From Nemertoderma westbladi (lineage: Eukaryota; Animalia; Xenacoelomorpha): 56,339 nt of DNA. Of this stretch, positions 1 to 11,308 are shown in pieces. The number at the start of each line of letters is the position of its first letter. Position 1 is the stretch's first letter. The notes under the pieces are model-generated. The model worked only from the letters and a program-made list of their open reading frames with translations, was not told the origin of the DNA and did not search any database. The DNA lies in contig JAUCBJ010003264.1 in assembly GCA_032718475.1 (NCBI GenBank), positions 1 through 56,339 of the forward strand, written 5' to 3'. Position numbers and translations under genes: made by a program.

Positions 1-154
1 GTAGGGGGTGAGACAGGCAGCCGGTCAGGAGTTAACTGACGCCTGTGAGGCCGATTGTGTCCGGTAATTCCACTGGCCTCTAGTGGCCGGACCTCCGCAT
101 TGCTAATGTAATCCATAGTGGGGGTTGGGGGGTGCTTTTTTGCCGAGTCAGCTC
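1..154 (-). mobile_element. 5' end/UTR of an RTE-like LINE (second copy of 10233-10387), runs off the left edge
   Basis: Aligns at roughly 90% identity to 10233-10387 and both copies stop at the same boundary (minus strand GAGCTGACTCGGC). Confidence 0.75.
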
Positions 155-515
155 TAAGAATAAACAAAAAAATAATACAGTAATATCTGTGTAACGCAAC
201 GGTACGAGTAATATGAATACATATGATACATATCCCTAGGTCCAAATTACATGTTAGTAATTCCTATTTGGTCCTACCCCCAATATACACGGCGTACACA
301 ACAGTCTACATGTATAATAATTTACACCCCCATAGATTCAGTTTACAACTATCATCAGTATTGTATCGTCTATCTGTATTGAATAAGTCAGCACCCCACA
401 TGTATGAGGGTGCTTATTCAATTTCAAATATATAATATTATACATATCAAATTTTGAGACGCGGGGGAAACTGGACGCAAGTCCCATCTCTGCCATATAA
501 TATTTCACCCCAATG

Positions 516-2030
516 TTAAATTCCCTTGTTGCACAATGTTACATGGTCCAAAAGCAAGAGCAGCCAGATCACCCACCGTATCCCGGAGCTCATTATGCCA
601 CTGGATAACGAGCCCCCCCCCCCCCCCCCCCATTTGCAGTTCAATCTGTGGTTTAGATTGAAAGCAGCCCCGCACCCATCACAGTGGCTCGGCACTCCGG
701 TTAGTGGTCGCCCGTACAGAATTGCAAGGGTGTCTCGAAACTCACACAGGGACAGGTCGAAGTTATGTTGACTCAGCGGTAAGGTTGAGATCCAGCTGCT
801 TGTCTTAAATTCTGTGGCGCGTCGTATTGTTCGGCTGCGGTTGTTGGGGAAGGTGTCAAGGATCGCCTGCAAGTCTTCGGGATCTTCGGCCCTCTGAAGG
901 GAGCTAGCTATCTGGTGAGCCTCCTGGAGGCACTCCAGGTGGCTGGGCATCCAGAACTCCTCTTGTCCGAGGATGGCTCTCTTCAGGTGCCTCGTGGACG
1001 AGGAGGGGGACGTGAACTCTCTGTCAGCTTCATCCCTCGGGTTGCGGAGACCAAGTCCACCTTGTTGGGGGACAGAGCAAATAAACTGCGCTCCTCCAAT
1101 GAGATGCTGCCGTTGAGAACTGCTGGAAGAAATATCTGGGCAATTGCATGTTCCAGTGGTTCAAATAAACTCTCACACTCAGGAGTGACTCTCTAAAGAT
1201 AGGCCCACTCTCGTAGGGAGATTACCATGGCTGAGAAGGCAGACTGTGGCTGCACTGGGCCATGTCTGTTAACTTCTCGACGGAGGAAACCCAACTAGCA
1301 ACTTTAACTGAAACAAAGTATTCTCCATCAGTGGAGCATCCACGAATCCGCCCAGAAATCTGTGACCTGTCACAATCTTAACTGAGTGATTGGTGAAGGT
1401 TTGTTTGGCTGCATCCACAAACTCGGGGTTGACAACCAGGTAGCACTGGTTTGTACCCAACTGAGGGCCATGCTCAAGTAGCTTCTAAAACCAGTTGATG
1501 AGTAATAATGGGATAGTAGCTGCCCCAGAGGAATCGTTTGCAAACCAATTTTGGTAGACCATGGGCGATCTGATGAGGTGTATCAGTGGAAGCACCCCTG
1601 TGGCATAGAACAACATTGCAAGAGGGTCTCCTTAGGTTTGCTCCCTCCTCACTGAAAAGGATGGCATTGGTTCCTCGTACAGCTAGCATACTGTGGCCAC
1701 GATAGCAGTTAAAGAAGAACATTGAGCCCCGTGGCCACAGCCATCTTACGTTCCACAAAGCAGCAGTCCTGTTGAGAGAGTTGAAAGCATTTGCCGCATC
1801 CACCAGTAACACACCCGAACCATCTTCCGCGCGTTGCACAAACAGAGCAGTCATGGAGTCGGCACCAGACGTAGCAGTAACGTCGGAACCAGTAGCTAAC
1901 ACCATAACCCTCGCAAGGATTCGCCGCAATGTCTCCCCGATTCCAATTGGGCGAATTCCTGGACATTTGTCCAACCCAATTAAGCGGCCAGACATGAGTG
2001 CTCTGACTGCTTCCCAGGGGGCCACCCATG
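516..2030 (-). mobile_element. Decayed CRE-clade-like non-LTR retrotransposon (RT + C-terminal Zn-finger region), frameshifted
   Basis: ORF fragments RLIGLDKCPGIRPIGIGETLRR, LLVDAANAFNSLNR, SSWISTLPL...EFRD...CDGCG...HRLNC match the RT and CCHC region of CRE/SLACS-type elements. Confidence 0.7.
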
Positions 2031-2439
2031 GGAAGCTTTTTATGAAATATGATTTTTATTAAACTATAAACTAAAGTCAATACAACAGTTATTTGCATCG
2101 ATCTTCCCCTGGAGAGGGATGAATTTAGTTTGCTTCGAAAGGAATTGATAGGAATGGATAGATCATCCAAGTTGAAATATTTTTCACGTGGTTGCTAATT
2201 AAATATTTGCATTCCCCCGCACCGGTGCAGAATGTAGACAGACACATTTACCGTATATATGCAGGACCAGCATATATATTGTGTATAAATTTTTTCAGTT
2301 AACTTTGAGAGTCCTCTGGAAACGTCTGCTCGGATGAGCATAAGCTCCATGGTCGGGGTGTTTGAGTAGGTGGATGTCTTCTGCTACTTGTAATTATGGA
2401 TCCAGAAGTGAGTTAAAAACAATCCAACTTCCAAAAAGG

Positions 2440-2800
2440 ATTGTTTGGAAGTTGTATAGAACAAAACGGTATATCAAGCTTCAATTATTTAGAGCAGCAG
2501 TAGTTCCAGTACTCCTCTATGGAAGTCCATGCTGGGCTCTAACTGCTGAGGACACCAAATCTCTGGATGGCACATTCACAAGAATGCTACGCCGGGTTCA
2601 TTGTGTCAAGTACAATGCACACATCTCCAACAAGACACTATATAACATTTTGGAGATCTCTCATTGGTTTCCCCAAGCTTGACACATGAACAAAGCCGCC
2701 TCCACTTTGTAGGACATTGTTTTGCACTGAGGACCAGCCTGTGCACAATCTTGCGCTTTTGCAGCCCCATGGAGAGAATAGAGGACACAAACAGCATCTA
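2440..2800 (+). mobile_element. RTE LINE ORF 3' fragment
   Basis: LFRAAVVPVLLYGSPCWALTAEDTKSLDG is the RTE thumb-region motif and is near-identical to the peptide encoded at 42126-43085. Confidence 0.8.
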
Positions 2801-3704
2801 TCTATGAATGTTAGCTGTAGCATAATTTGTTTGACTAATTGAATTATTGATATTAATTATTACAAATGGTGTTGTTGAAATATCGGGACAACGTAATACT
2901 TATTATTAGGTTCCCTCTGCGGCGTCAGACCCCAACCATGTATGAATAAATGCGGAAACTGGAAGCAAATCCCGTCTCGGTAAATTTAATATCCCGTCTC
3001 AATGTTAAATTATCAATCATGGGAAAAGAGCAGGTTACAGTGGTGTTACGTTATTCTAACCAAAATATTAACCGAAGGTCAAAATAATAGGTTACAGTTT
3101 TATTGTTAGGACTAATTAGCTTTATTTTGGGTCGATTTTCCCCTGGTGGGTGAGGGATGAATTTTGATCCTTCTAGATAGGTTGAAATGTTAAGCTAGTG
3201 ATGATTATAATTCAAACTAACATAATTACTTCCTTTAAGTCTAATTAATAATTGTTTTAGAACATAGCTTGGTTTACTACTACAGTTCTTTTTATAACAA
3301 CTTCCCTACTGCAACCAGTGTAACAGCCAAAATGGAACCTACATCGATCAATTACCTTTTACCTACGTCATGTTACGATTACGTTTCGCAATATGTGTGG
3401 CATGTACGTTACGTGCACCTGCGCCCACTGTAAAATATTCACTGACTGTAAAGTTTCAAAGTGGCAAATATTTCAATAATATTCGTCCACCAGAAACAGT
3501 GTCCCCCACAGGCAATCTTTCCCCACGGAATTTTGATTCGCATAGAGACCTTTCTTCATTTCTAAATGGTGTATAAAATGTTGGCCTGCGTACAACCTTC
3601 GCCCAATGAACAATTACCACCTTATATAGTTTTATATTATATATGTATACCATGTTGACAACCTTCGCCTAATCCCAATCCAAAAAGTTTGTAGTTAGTC
3701 ACGA

Positions 3705-4012
3705 TTACATCGAGTGGTTAGTTACAGTTATTAAGGTTCTGGTTCACCATGGTTATCGAGTGGTTATTTACGGTTATTAATTAAGGTTCTTGATCACCTC
3801 GGTTATCGAGTAGTTATACAGTAGTTACGGTTATTAAGATTCTGGTTCACTTCAGTTATCGAGTGGTTATTTACGGATATTAATTAACATTCTGGTTCAC
3901 CTTGGTTATCGAATGGTTGGTTAGTTGTGGTTATTAATTAACGTTCTGGTTCACCTCGGCTAATGAGTAGTTAGTTACGGTTATTAAGGTTCTGGTTCAC
4001 TTCGGTTATCGA
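3705..4012. repeat. Degenerate ~45-bp minisatellite, ~7 copies
   Basis: Repeated ggttatcgagtggtta...cggttattaaggttctggttcac unit. Confidence 0.8.
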
Positions 4013-4149
4013 AAGTTAAAACTATTATTTTCTTATATATATTTCGGCCTCTTCGTAGGAATTAAGTCGTTATATATTAATATAAAATAAAATATACACA
4101 ATTTTACGGAGCCCCTAAAGGGAGATATGAAAAAAAATTATTTCATTTT

Positions 4150-4508
4150 TTCGCTAACTCGTGCGAACGAGTTAGTATGTCGTGCGAACGTCTTACTAAG
4201 TCGTGCGAATGACATACTAAGTCGTGCGAACGACTTAACTAACTAAGTCGTGCGAACGACTTACTAAGTAGTGCGAACGACTTACAAAGTCGTGCGAACG
4301 TCATACTAAGTCGTGCGAACGACATACTAAGTCGTGCGAATGACTTACTAAGTCGTGCAAACGACTTACTAAGTCGTGCGAACGACTTACTAAGTACTAA
4401 GTCGTGCGAAAGACTTACAAAGTCGTGCGAACGTCATACTAAGTCGTGCGAACTACATACTAAGTCGTGCGAACGACTTAACTAACTCGTGCGAACGACA
4501 TACTAACG
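4150..4508. repeat. 21-bp tandem repeat (~16-17 copies) with an internal palindrome; probably the interior of a non-autonomous DNA transposon beginning near 4105 (tacggagcccc)
   Basis: Unit actaagtcgtgcgaacgactt; AAGTCGT-GCGA-ACGACTT stem-loop in most units. Confidence 0.85.
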
Positions 4509-4677
4509 TACAACCTTTTTATCGGGATTTTCAATTCAATCTACAGCATTGTTGTTGATGGCATTATTGGTTGAAAATATTATTATCAATGGCTGAACGC
4601 AGGCATCAAATGTGTCTGTCTGTTTTAAATTTTTTCGCCCGGGGGCAATTGAGCTGTGTTGCTTAGCAACACAGCTT

Positions 4678-4892
4678 TTGGCGGGTTTAATAAGCCCTGA
4701 AAACCAATTTTGAAAATCGGCTGTCGGCTGAAAGTCTTACGCGTCTTTTTACAGTACAGTTACTTAAATTTATGATCATAAACATTGATAAAATACTGTT
4801 TGCAATTTTGTAAACTTGGTAGATTGACTGCAGCCAATCAGAGCTGTTTTTCAAAATAATATTGGCATCCCGGGCTTACTTAAACCCGCCAA
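4678..4892. mobile_element. MITE-like element with ~21-bp inverted repeats
   Basis: ttggcgggtttaataagccc at 4678 versus gggcttacttaaacccgccaa ending at 4892 (reverse complement differs by one indel). Confidence 0.55.
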
Positions 4893-5127
4893 TTCGACCC
4901 TTTTTTACACATGTTTTTACAAAAAACACACCCCACCACTCGATTCAGGGCACCTTGTTACCCCTTATTCGATTGTTTCTAGCCTAACAATTTTTTCGCG
5001 CACCAACCCTATTAGATGTATCGCGCAAACATAACAGCCACACAATAGCTTGGTTTTTTGATTTGAGTCTAGATGTGCTCCAGAATATATCCGAGTTGAA
5101 GGGGTACCGGAGAACCAATAGGGTGCT

Positions 5128-6400
5128 ATTTTATTTATTTATTTATATTCGCACACTGGTAAATATTACACAGGTACAGAGTAAAACGTTGCTAATGCTA
5201 ATTACTATTAAATACATAATTACATAGGAGTATACGCTATAGATAGAAAGCACAATAAATTATTAATACCTACAGTAATAGAAAAAAAAAAGAGAAGATA
5301 TATTATATTATATAAGCAACGAATCATAAAAATACATCAGCATAAAACCTTCATATTAAGTAGATTTAACCTTAATCCACCGTAACCGAATTTAAAATTT
5401 CTTTAAGTTCCTGTGTTGAAAAGCCTGGGACTACGAGATCGCCTTTTATTCCGTCGTATAGTTCTGCACAAAATTGGGGGCGCCATGTACTTTGGTCTGG
5501 AGACGGAACATATCCAACTGTGTTTAATGTGCTTTTGGAGATGGAAGATAAATCCACAATACCAGTCACATTCAATACATGGCGTAGGTTATTACCACTT
5601 CTAGTGCGACAATCATTTAAAGTAATTCTACCTAAAAAACATATACACGATTTATTAGATTGCACAACATTCTTACAAAACGTGATAAATCTACTATACA
5701 AAGCGATCCTAGGATGCCTAAACGGCACCAAGTCTTCTATAATGAAACGATGAGTTCTATAAGGTAATTCCCATAACAATCTCACATTATTGTTCATGTT
5801 CAATGCAGTGCATATTCTATTACACCCCACTGAGTTTAAATTCAAAATCTGGCTACCGTAAAAACTGAAAGTATACAGATTCTGCACTTTTGACAAAATT
5901 GATGGATGACTATAATATAATTCATGGCGTATGCTGCTCAATTTACCTAAAAATGCACCACGTTTTTTATCTATGTCCCTATCTAATGTATTCCTATAGT
6001 CAAATAAATTTCCTAAATGCACCGCTTCTTTGACCCATGGTATATTAATTCCATTGACTAAGATATGCGCTGATGGAGGTTTCCAATTATGATTGAACAC
6101 AATGCACTTTGTTTTACATTTGCGAGGATCGAAATCGGTAAGACTCAATTTTAATTTTAATTCTTTACAAAAATCTTGGCATATCTTAACCATAAACTTT
6201 AACCCACTTATAGAGGGACACAAGAGAAAAATATCGTCGGCATATGCCAACACACTGAAATAATAATTTGAAATACTGCAACAAATTTTACTATAAAAAT
6301 AGTTTCTCCCATTCAATCAAGTCAAATGCTTTTGTTAAATCTAATAAGCACCCATATACTGCGGTACCATTACTATTATAATACGACACGACACTAATTC
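5128..6400 (-). mobile_element. 5'-truncated, internally deleted non-LTR retrotransposon (RT 3' half, ORF 5372-6316)
   Basis: LAYADDIFLL and HLGN motifs; the RT motif GCLLDLTKAFD reads in another frame at ~6320-6370; A-rich tail at ~5128-5150. Confidence 0.8.
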
Positions 6401-7325
6401 TGTTACGGCCCAAGAATATAGTGCCGGACTTTTTCAAAAAGCCAAACTGCAGCTCGTTAAGGTTTGGTTTGATTAGTTAAGGTTTGGGCCCCAACTACTG
6501 TAACCAGCTGTAACTAACTCATCATTGAATCACCAGGATTTATTCTTATTTTCTGTGAATTGAGATGCCACCTAGAGGCGATTTAGAGTTATTGCAAAGA
6601 ATGTAATCTAACAACCCCTGTTCGGTAGTTATGTCATTATTTTCGTTAGCGAACGTTCTATAAAAGTTGTACAAAATTTCCTAAAAATTACATCAAATTG
6701 TGAAAAGTTATTCAGATATAAATGTATTTCAGATTACAATAATTATATAGTTGTATCACGGCCTTCACGGTGTGACTGCATTGTTCGTGAAAGTGTTTAT
6801 TAATATTCTACATAATGATAGGTTGACAATAATTCGTCAACTTTTTATACAGTAGGACCAGCCCTAAACTTTTGAGGATTTTAAATACTTTTTAGGAATT
6901 TTGATAAAAATTCTTGTCACTTTTATTACTTTTGTTAACAAAATAATTAACATCACCCACAATTTTCATTTATTGAAATGTCATTAATAGGCCTACCCTT
7001 TAATACAGTAATTTTGTTCGAACATATATGAATAATTTTTCGAAGATATATGAATATATGATCTTATATCCGCTTTTTTCATAATCATAATTATACATAC
7101 AATTATGATAAATTATAACTGGGCTAGTGAGTGAAGAAATTGTTTGACTATAAATAATTGAATAATGGTAACAATGTGCCCAGAATCGAGTTGAGGGTAG
7201 TTTGTTAACGTCGATAAATAATTGCAGAAAAGGTCGGTTTAATTTAAACGCGGGAAAGTAAATTATTAAATAGTCACTCATAGTTAGATTATTTCACTCA
7301 TTATTAAAATCACTCATAGTTAGTT

Positions 7326-7947
7326 AAAATATCGACTGTTGAAAAATATAGAGTGCAAAATATCGAGAGTAAAAATATCGATAGTAACAATTTTTTAAAA
7401 TAAGGGTTGTATGATAATTGTTTTCCTAAAAATGTTCTAGAACCAAAAAATATGTTCTAGAACAAAAAATATTTATCAACATTGGTAGCTTACACGTGTT
7501 CTATAACATTTATAAAAAGAAGTAGAAAATACTAGCTAGCTATTTTAAAAAATTGAAAATGTAATCTAGAATTAAAAAATGTGTTCTAGAACAAAAATAA
7601 TTATCAAATTTGATAGCTAGCACTTATTCTATAATATTTATTAAAAAAATAACAAAACCTAGCTAGTATAATAAATCTGGTAAATGGTACCCAAAGTGTC
7701 TTAATGCCATTTACTTGCACTTGCACTGTTGTAACCCATGCACTGCAATATTGTTCCATAATTCTAAATAAAATGCTCAAGCAAAATGCAATATTTTTAC
7801 TCTCGATATTTTTCAACACTCGTTATTTTTACTCTCGATATTTTTACTCTCGTTATTTTTACTCTCGTTATTTGTACTCTTGATATTTTTACTCTCGTTA
7901 TTTGTACTCTCGATATTTTTCAAGTCTCGACATTTTTCCCCATTACC
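7326..7947. mobile_element. MITE-like relic with inverted subterminal ~16-bp repeats
   Basis: aaaatatcgagagt-type repeats at 7326-7385 face actctcgatattttt-type repeats at 7792-7935; internal duplicated tgttctagaacaaaaa blocks. Confidence 0.5.
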
Positions 7948-8249
7948 GACTTCACGTAACTTGCTTGACATAATGTACCTTGATTTTACATCACTTGGTC
8001 TGTGTGAACAGCCAGGTAGATATTATCACACTGGCTAGCCAAGTCTACGTGTAGAATATCGTCGTAAAGACAACATCATATCGGAGCTTCAGGGTTGATG
8101 TATAGCAGTAGCATGGTAGCAGTATAAGTGAGAGAGGTCTGCTCAACATATATTGACAAATATTTGGTTCTCAGAAACGTATATCCAACATTTGGTCACA
8201 ATATATTTTGCACATTTATACATGTACACATATATTTTACAGAACCCAT

Positions 8250-10387
8250 TTTTATTTCCTCGTAGCAGTCTCTCAATAATGGGATCCCTGATGCGATTTA
8301 ATATAATTCAATTTCATAGCTTTGCAGCAATCGAGATCATTATCGTATTTCGCATTATCGTCAGTCAGATTCCCCAAAAAGAACCATAGGTTCTGGTTGG
8401 CCTGGCGTTTATGGGAACTGGCAACAACTTATTTGTTTTCACTTCTTGTAGGACTCTTGTCGTTCTGTACATGTACATGTCTACCATGATGCGATAAATA
8501 AGCTTCAAACACTCAGGTACCTTAAAGACCTCAGGTTGGATACCATCTACTCCACTGGCACGATTGGTCTTATTGCTCTTTGCAGCAGCCTTCACTTCAG
8601 CAAATGAGATATCGCCAATGGGAATATCTGGGAGTACAGACTCAGACACTTATACTTTACTTCTAAAAATTTGTCAGGCAATACCCTGTCATTATTGAGG
8701 AGCTTTTTAAAGTAGGCCATCCAACCATTGAGGCAAACGTCTGATTTCCACGTAGCAGTCTCTCATTGGGATCCCTAATGCGATTTAATAGAATTCAATT
8801 TCATAGCTTTGCAGCAATAGAAATCAGTGAGTTTCCCCGAAAAGAACCATAGAGTGTTAGGTTGCCCTTTGTTGGGAACTGGCACCATCATATTTGTTTT
8901 CATTTCTTGTAGGATTCTTGTCGTGTTTCTTTCTCCTGTTTCGAGGGTATACAGGAACTGTTTCTGTAGCTGCTAACTTAATTGCTTCTGTGAATGCAGT
9001 ATATGTTGTTGCAGACTTGCATTAAAGATTCCCAGGAATGTTAAGAATGCATGCTGATTCACTCCATCAGTAGCTGCTTGTAGATTGTGGTAGAAATTTT
9101 CCACCTCCTCTACTGGGACAACACTAGTTGGAGAATAGCATACAATCAGAACCACTTTGGGAAACTTCTTAGCAAGTCCTCCAGAACATGAGAAGTGGCA
9201 ACGGATGATGCGGTTAGAGATTTGGTCTATTTTGTCTAATGCCAAGAGTCGCCAAGAGTTGTAGTCATTAGGTACAGCGAGTAATTAGGTCCCGCGGGAC
9301 CTGTTTTAGTCTGAGTCATTAGGTCCTGCGGGCTCAAATGACTCTGTACAATTAGATCCCGCGGGTTTACAGACCCAATTTTAACAAACTGGGGAGCAAA
9401 ATTAAAAAAAAACTTGTAATTTTGTATTTTGTCACTACATACGAATTAAACAAATTAGATTAAATAAAAATGCAAATGCAAATGCAATTAATTTATAACT
9501 ATATGCAAATTAGAAAATTAGTTTGATACATTATAATTCAGCAAATACATCGCCATTATTCAAGTATAAAAGTCCGCACTGGCACTGGGCCGGTGCCTAC
9601 TGAAGTGGGCCGCGATCATTAACGTAGTGCGCTGGTGCGTAAGGAAGTGGGACTATTTATCCATTGTGGTGGTCTTGAGACTGACTGTGTCGTGGCTCTC
9701 TCCCAAACCCTGATCGTGATGGTTATATATGTTATGGTTACGTTGTTGTGTAGCCATTATTTTGTTTTATGTGGATGGGGTGGATTATTTTGCCCGCTGT
9801 ATAATATTAGAATTAATTATTATAGTAGAATTAATTGAATACTGTTCGTATTGCTGCATATTATAATTATATACCTACTATATAAGTGGTTTTGCATAGA
9901 CTCCGGTGGGGGGTTAGGCCGAGGTCTGTCCAGTTTGCATTCGGTGCTCTTGAATATCAAGTACCCACTGCCCTAAGAGAAAGCTTATCTGCCAAGTCAG
10001 TAAGCTCACCTTGTCGCATTGGGGACCCGAGTGTTAGGGTGTTTACTGAGGCTATTCTAGTGACTTGCCTCAGATTCACCAATGGCTTGGTTGGTAGGGG
10101 TGGAATATGAAAGTAGCCTCCAACTTCAGAATCTCTCTCCCCCTCACAAACTGGCCTCCCTGGTGAACCAGGGTTTGGGCCAGAAAGGTCATCAGGAAAG
10201 GGACTCACAGAATTGTTGGCCGCTCTCTCTCCAGTAGGGGGTGAGACAGGCAGCTGGTCAGGAGATAACTGACGCCTGTGAGGCCAATTGTGTCTGGTAA
10301 TTCCATTGGCCTCTAGTGGCCGGACGTCCGCATTACTAATGTAATCCATAGTGGGCTTTGGTGGGTGCTTTTTTGCCGAGTCAGCTC
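8250..10387 (-). mobile_element. Fragmented RTE LINE: 5'UTR + endonuclease start (9884-10387), EN continuation (8973-9245) and pre-RT fragments (8250-8930); interrupted by a ~600-bp insert at ~9270-9880
   Basis: RIASVNTLTL...GELTDLADKL (APE N-terminus), VCYSPT...EEVENFY...LGIFNA, NRASGVDGIQPEVFK; ~8260-8465 is duplicated at ~8751-8925. Confidence 0.75.
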
Positions 10388-10604
10388 GCGCGCGGGACAA
10401 ATACCACACCCTGGTTTGCCATTCCACAGTATTTTTATACTCGCGCACAAGAGTGCAAACCAGTTACACTGGCATTTATTTATCCATAGAATAAAAGTCA
10501 AATTAAAAAGGATGGTACAATATAGACAGACATTGTACAATTATGCATAGAGGCTTAGTATAGATAATGATATTACGAAATCCATTCAGCCAGATAGTGG
10601 TACT

Positions 10605-11179
10605 CAGATTAACCCAGCCGAGTAATATTAATCCAAATATTTACTATCAACAACGTAAAACAAAGATGTAGTACTCAAATTTACCCACCCGAGTTGTATT
10701 AATCAAAATATTTACTATCAACAACGTAAAACAACGATGTAGTACTCAAATTAACCCACTCGAGTTGTATTAATCAAAATATTTACTATCAACAACGTAA
10801 AACAACGATGTAGTACTCAAATTAACCCACCCGAGTTGTATTAATCAAAATATTTACTATCAACAACGTAAAACAACGATGTAGTACTCAAATTAACCCA
10901 CCCGAGTTGTATTAATCAAAATATTTACTATCAACAACGTAAAACAACGATGTAGTACTAAAATTAACCCACCCGAGTTGTATTAATCAAAATATTTACT
11001 ATCAACATGTAAAACCACGATGTAGTATTCAAATTAACCCACCCGAGTTGTATTAATCAAAATATTTACTATCAACATGTAAAACCACGATGTAGTATTC
11101 AAATTAACCCACCCGAGTTGTATTAATCAAAATATTTACTATCAACAACGTAAAACCACGATGTAGTACTCACATTAAC
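10605..11179. repeat. 71-bp satellite array, left part (~8 units)
   Basis: Unit aattaacccacccgagttgtattaatcaaaatatttactatcaacaacgtaaaacaacgatgtagtactca; period 71 (starts at 10820 and 10891). Confidence 0.95.
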
Positions 11180-11308
11180 TTATTATTATTATTAGTATTA
11201 ATCAACGATCGGGCTACTTAAAGCCCGTTGTTGTACATATACTGTACATACATAATATTATCAACAATTTCAGTAAATTAAACATTTCCAATAGACAGTA
11301 TACAGTAG

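Noticed and set aside
613-631. Long C/G homopolymers (also 26192-26209, 31447-31459) as programmed frameshift or G4 sites
   Set aside because: They lie in already-dead elements at Gly/Pro codons; slippage or sequencing error is sufficient explanation.
10185-10387. HDV-like or hammerhead ribozyme at the RTE 5' end
   Set aside because: GCC/GGC P3-like stem has only a 5-nt loop and no P1.1 GG; the CUGAUGA near 10190 lacks a matching GAAA.
10605-11179. CRISPR-like appearance of the 71-bp and 21-bp arrays
   Set aside because: No unique spacers, no cas genes, eukaryotic context.
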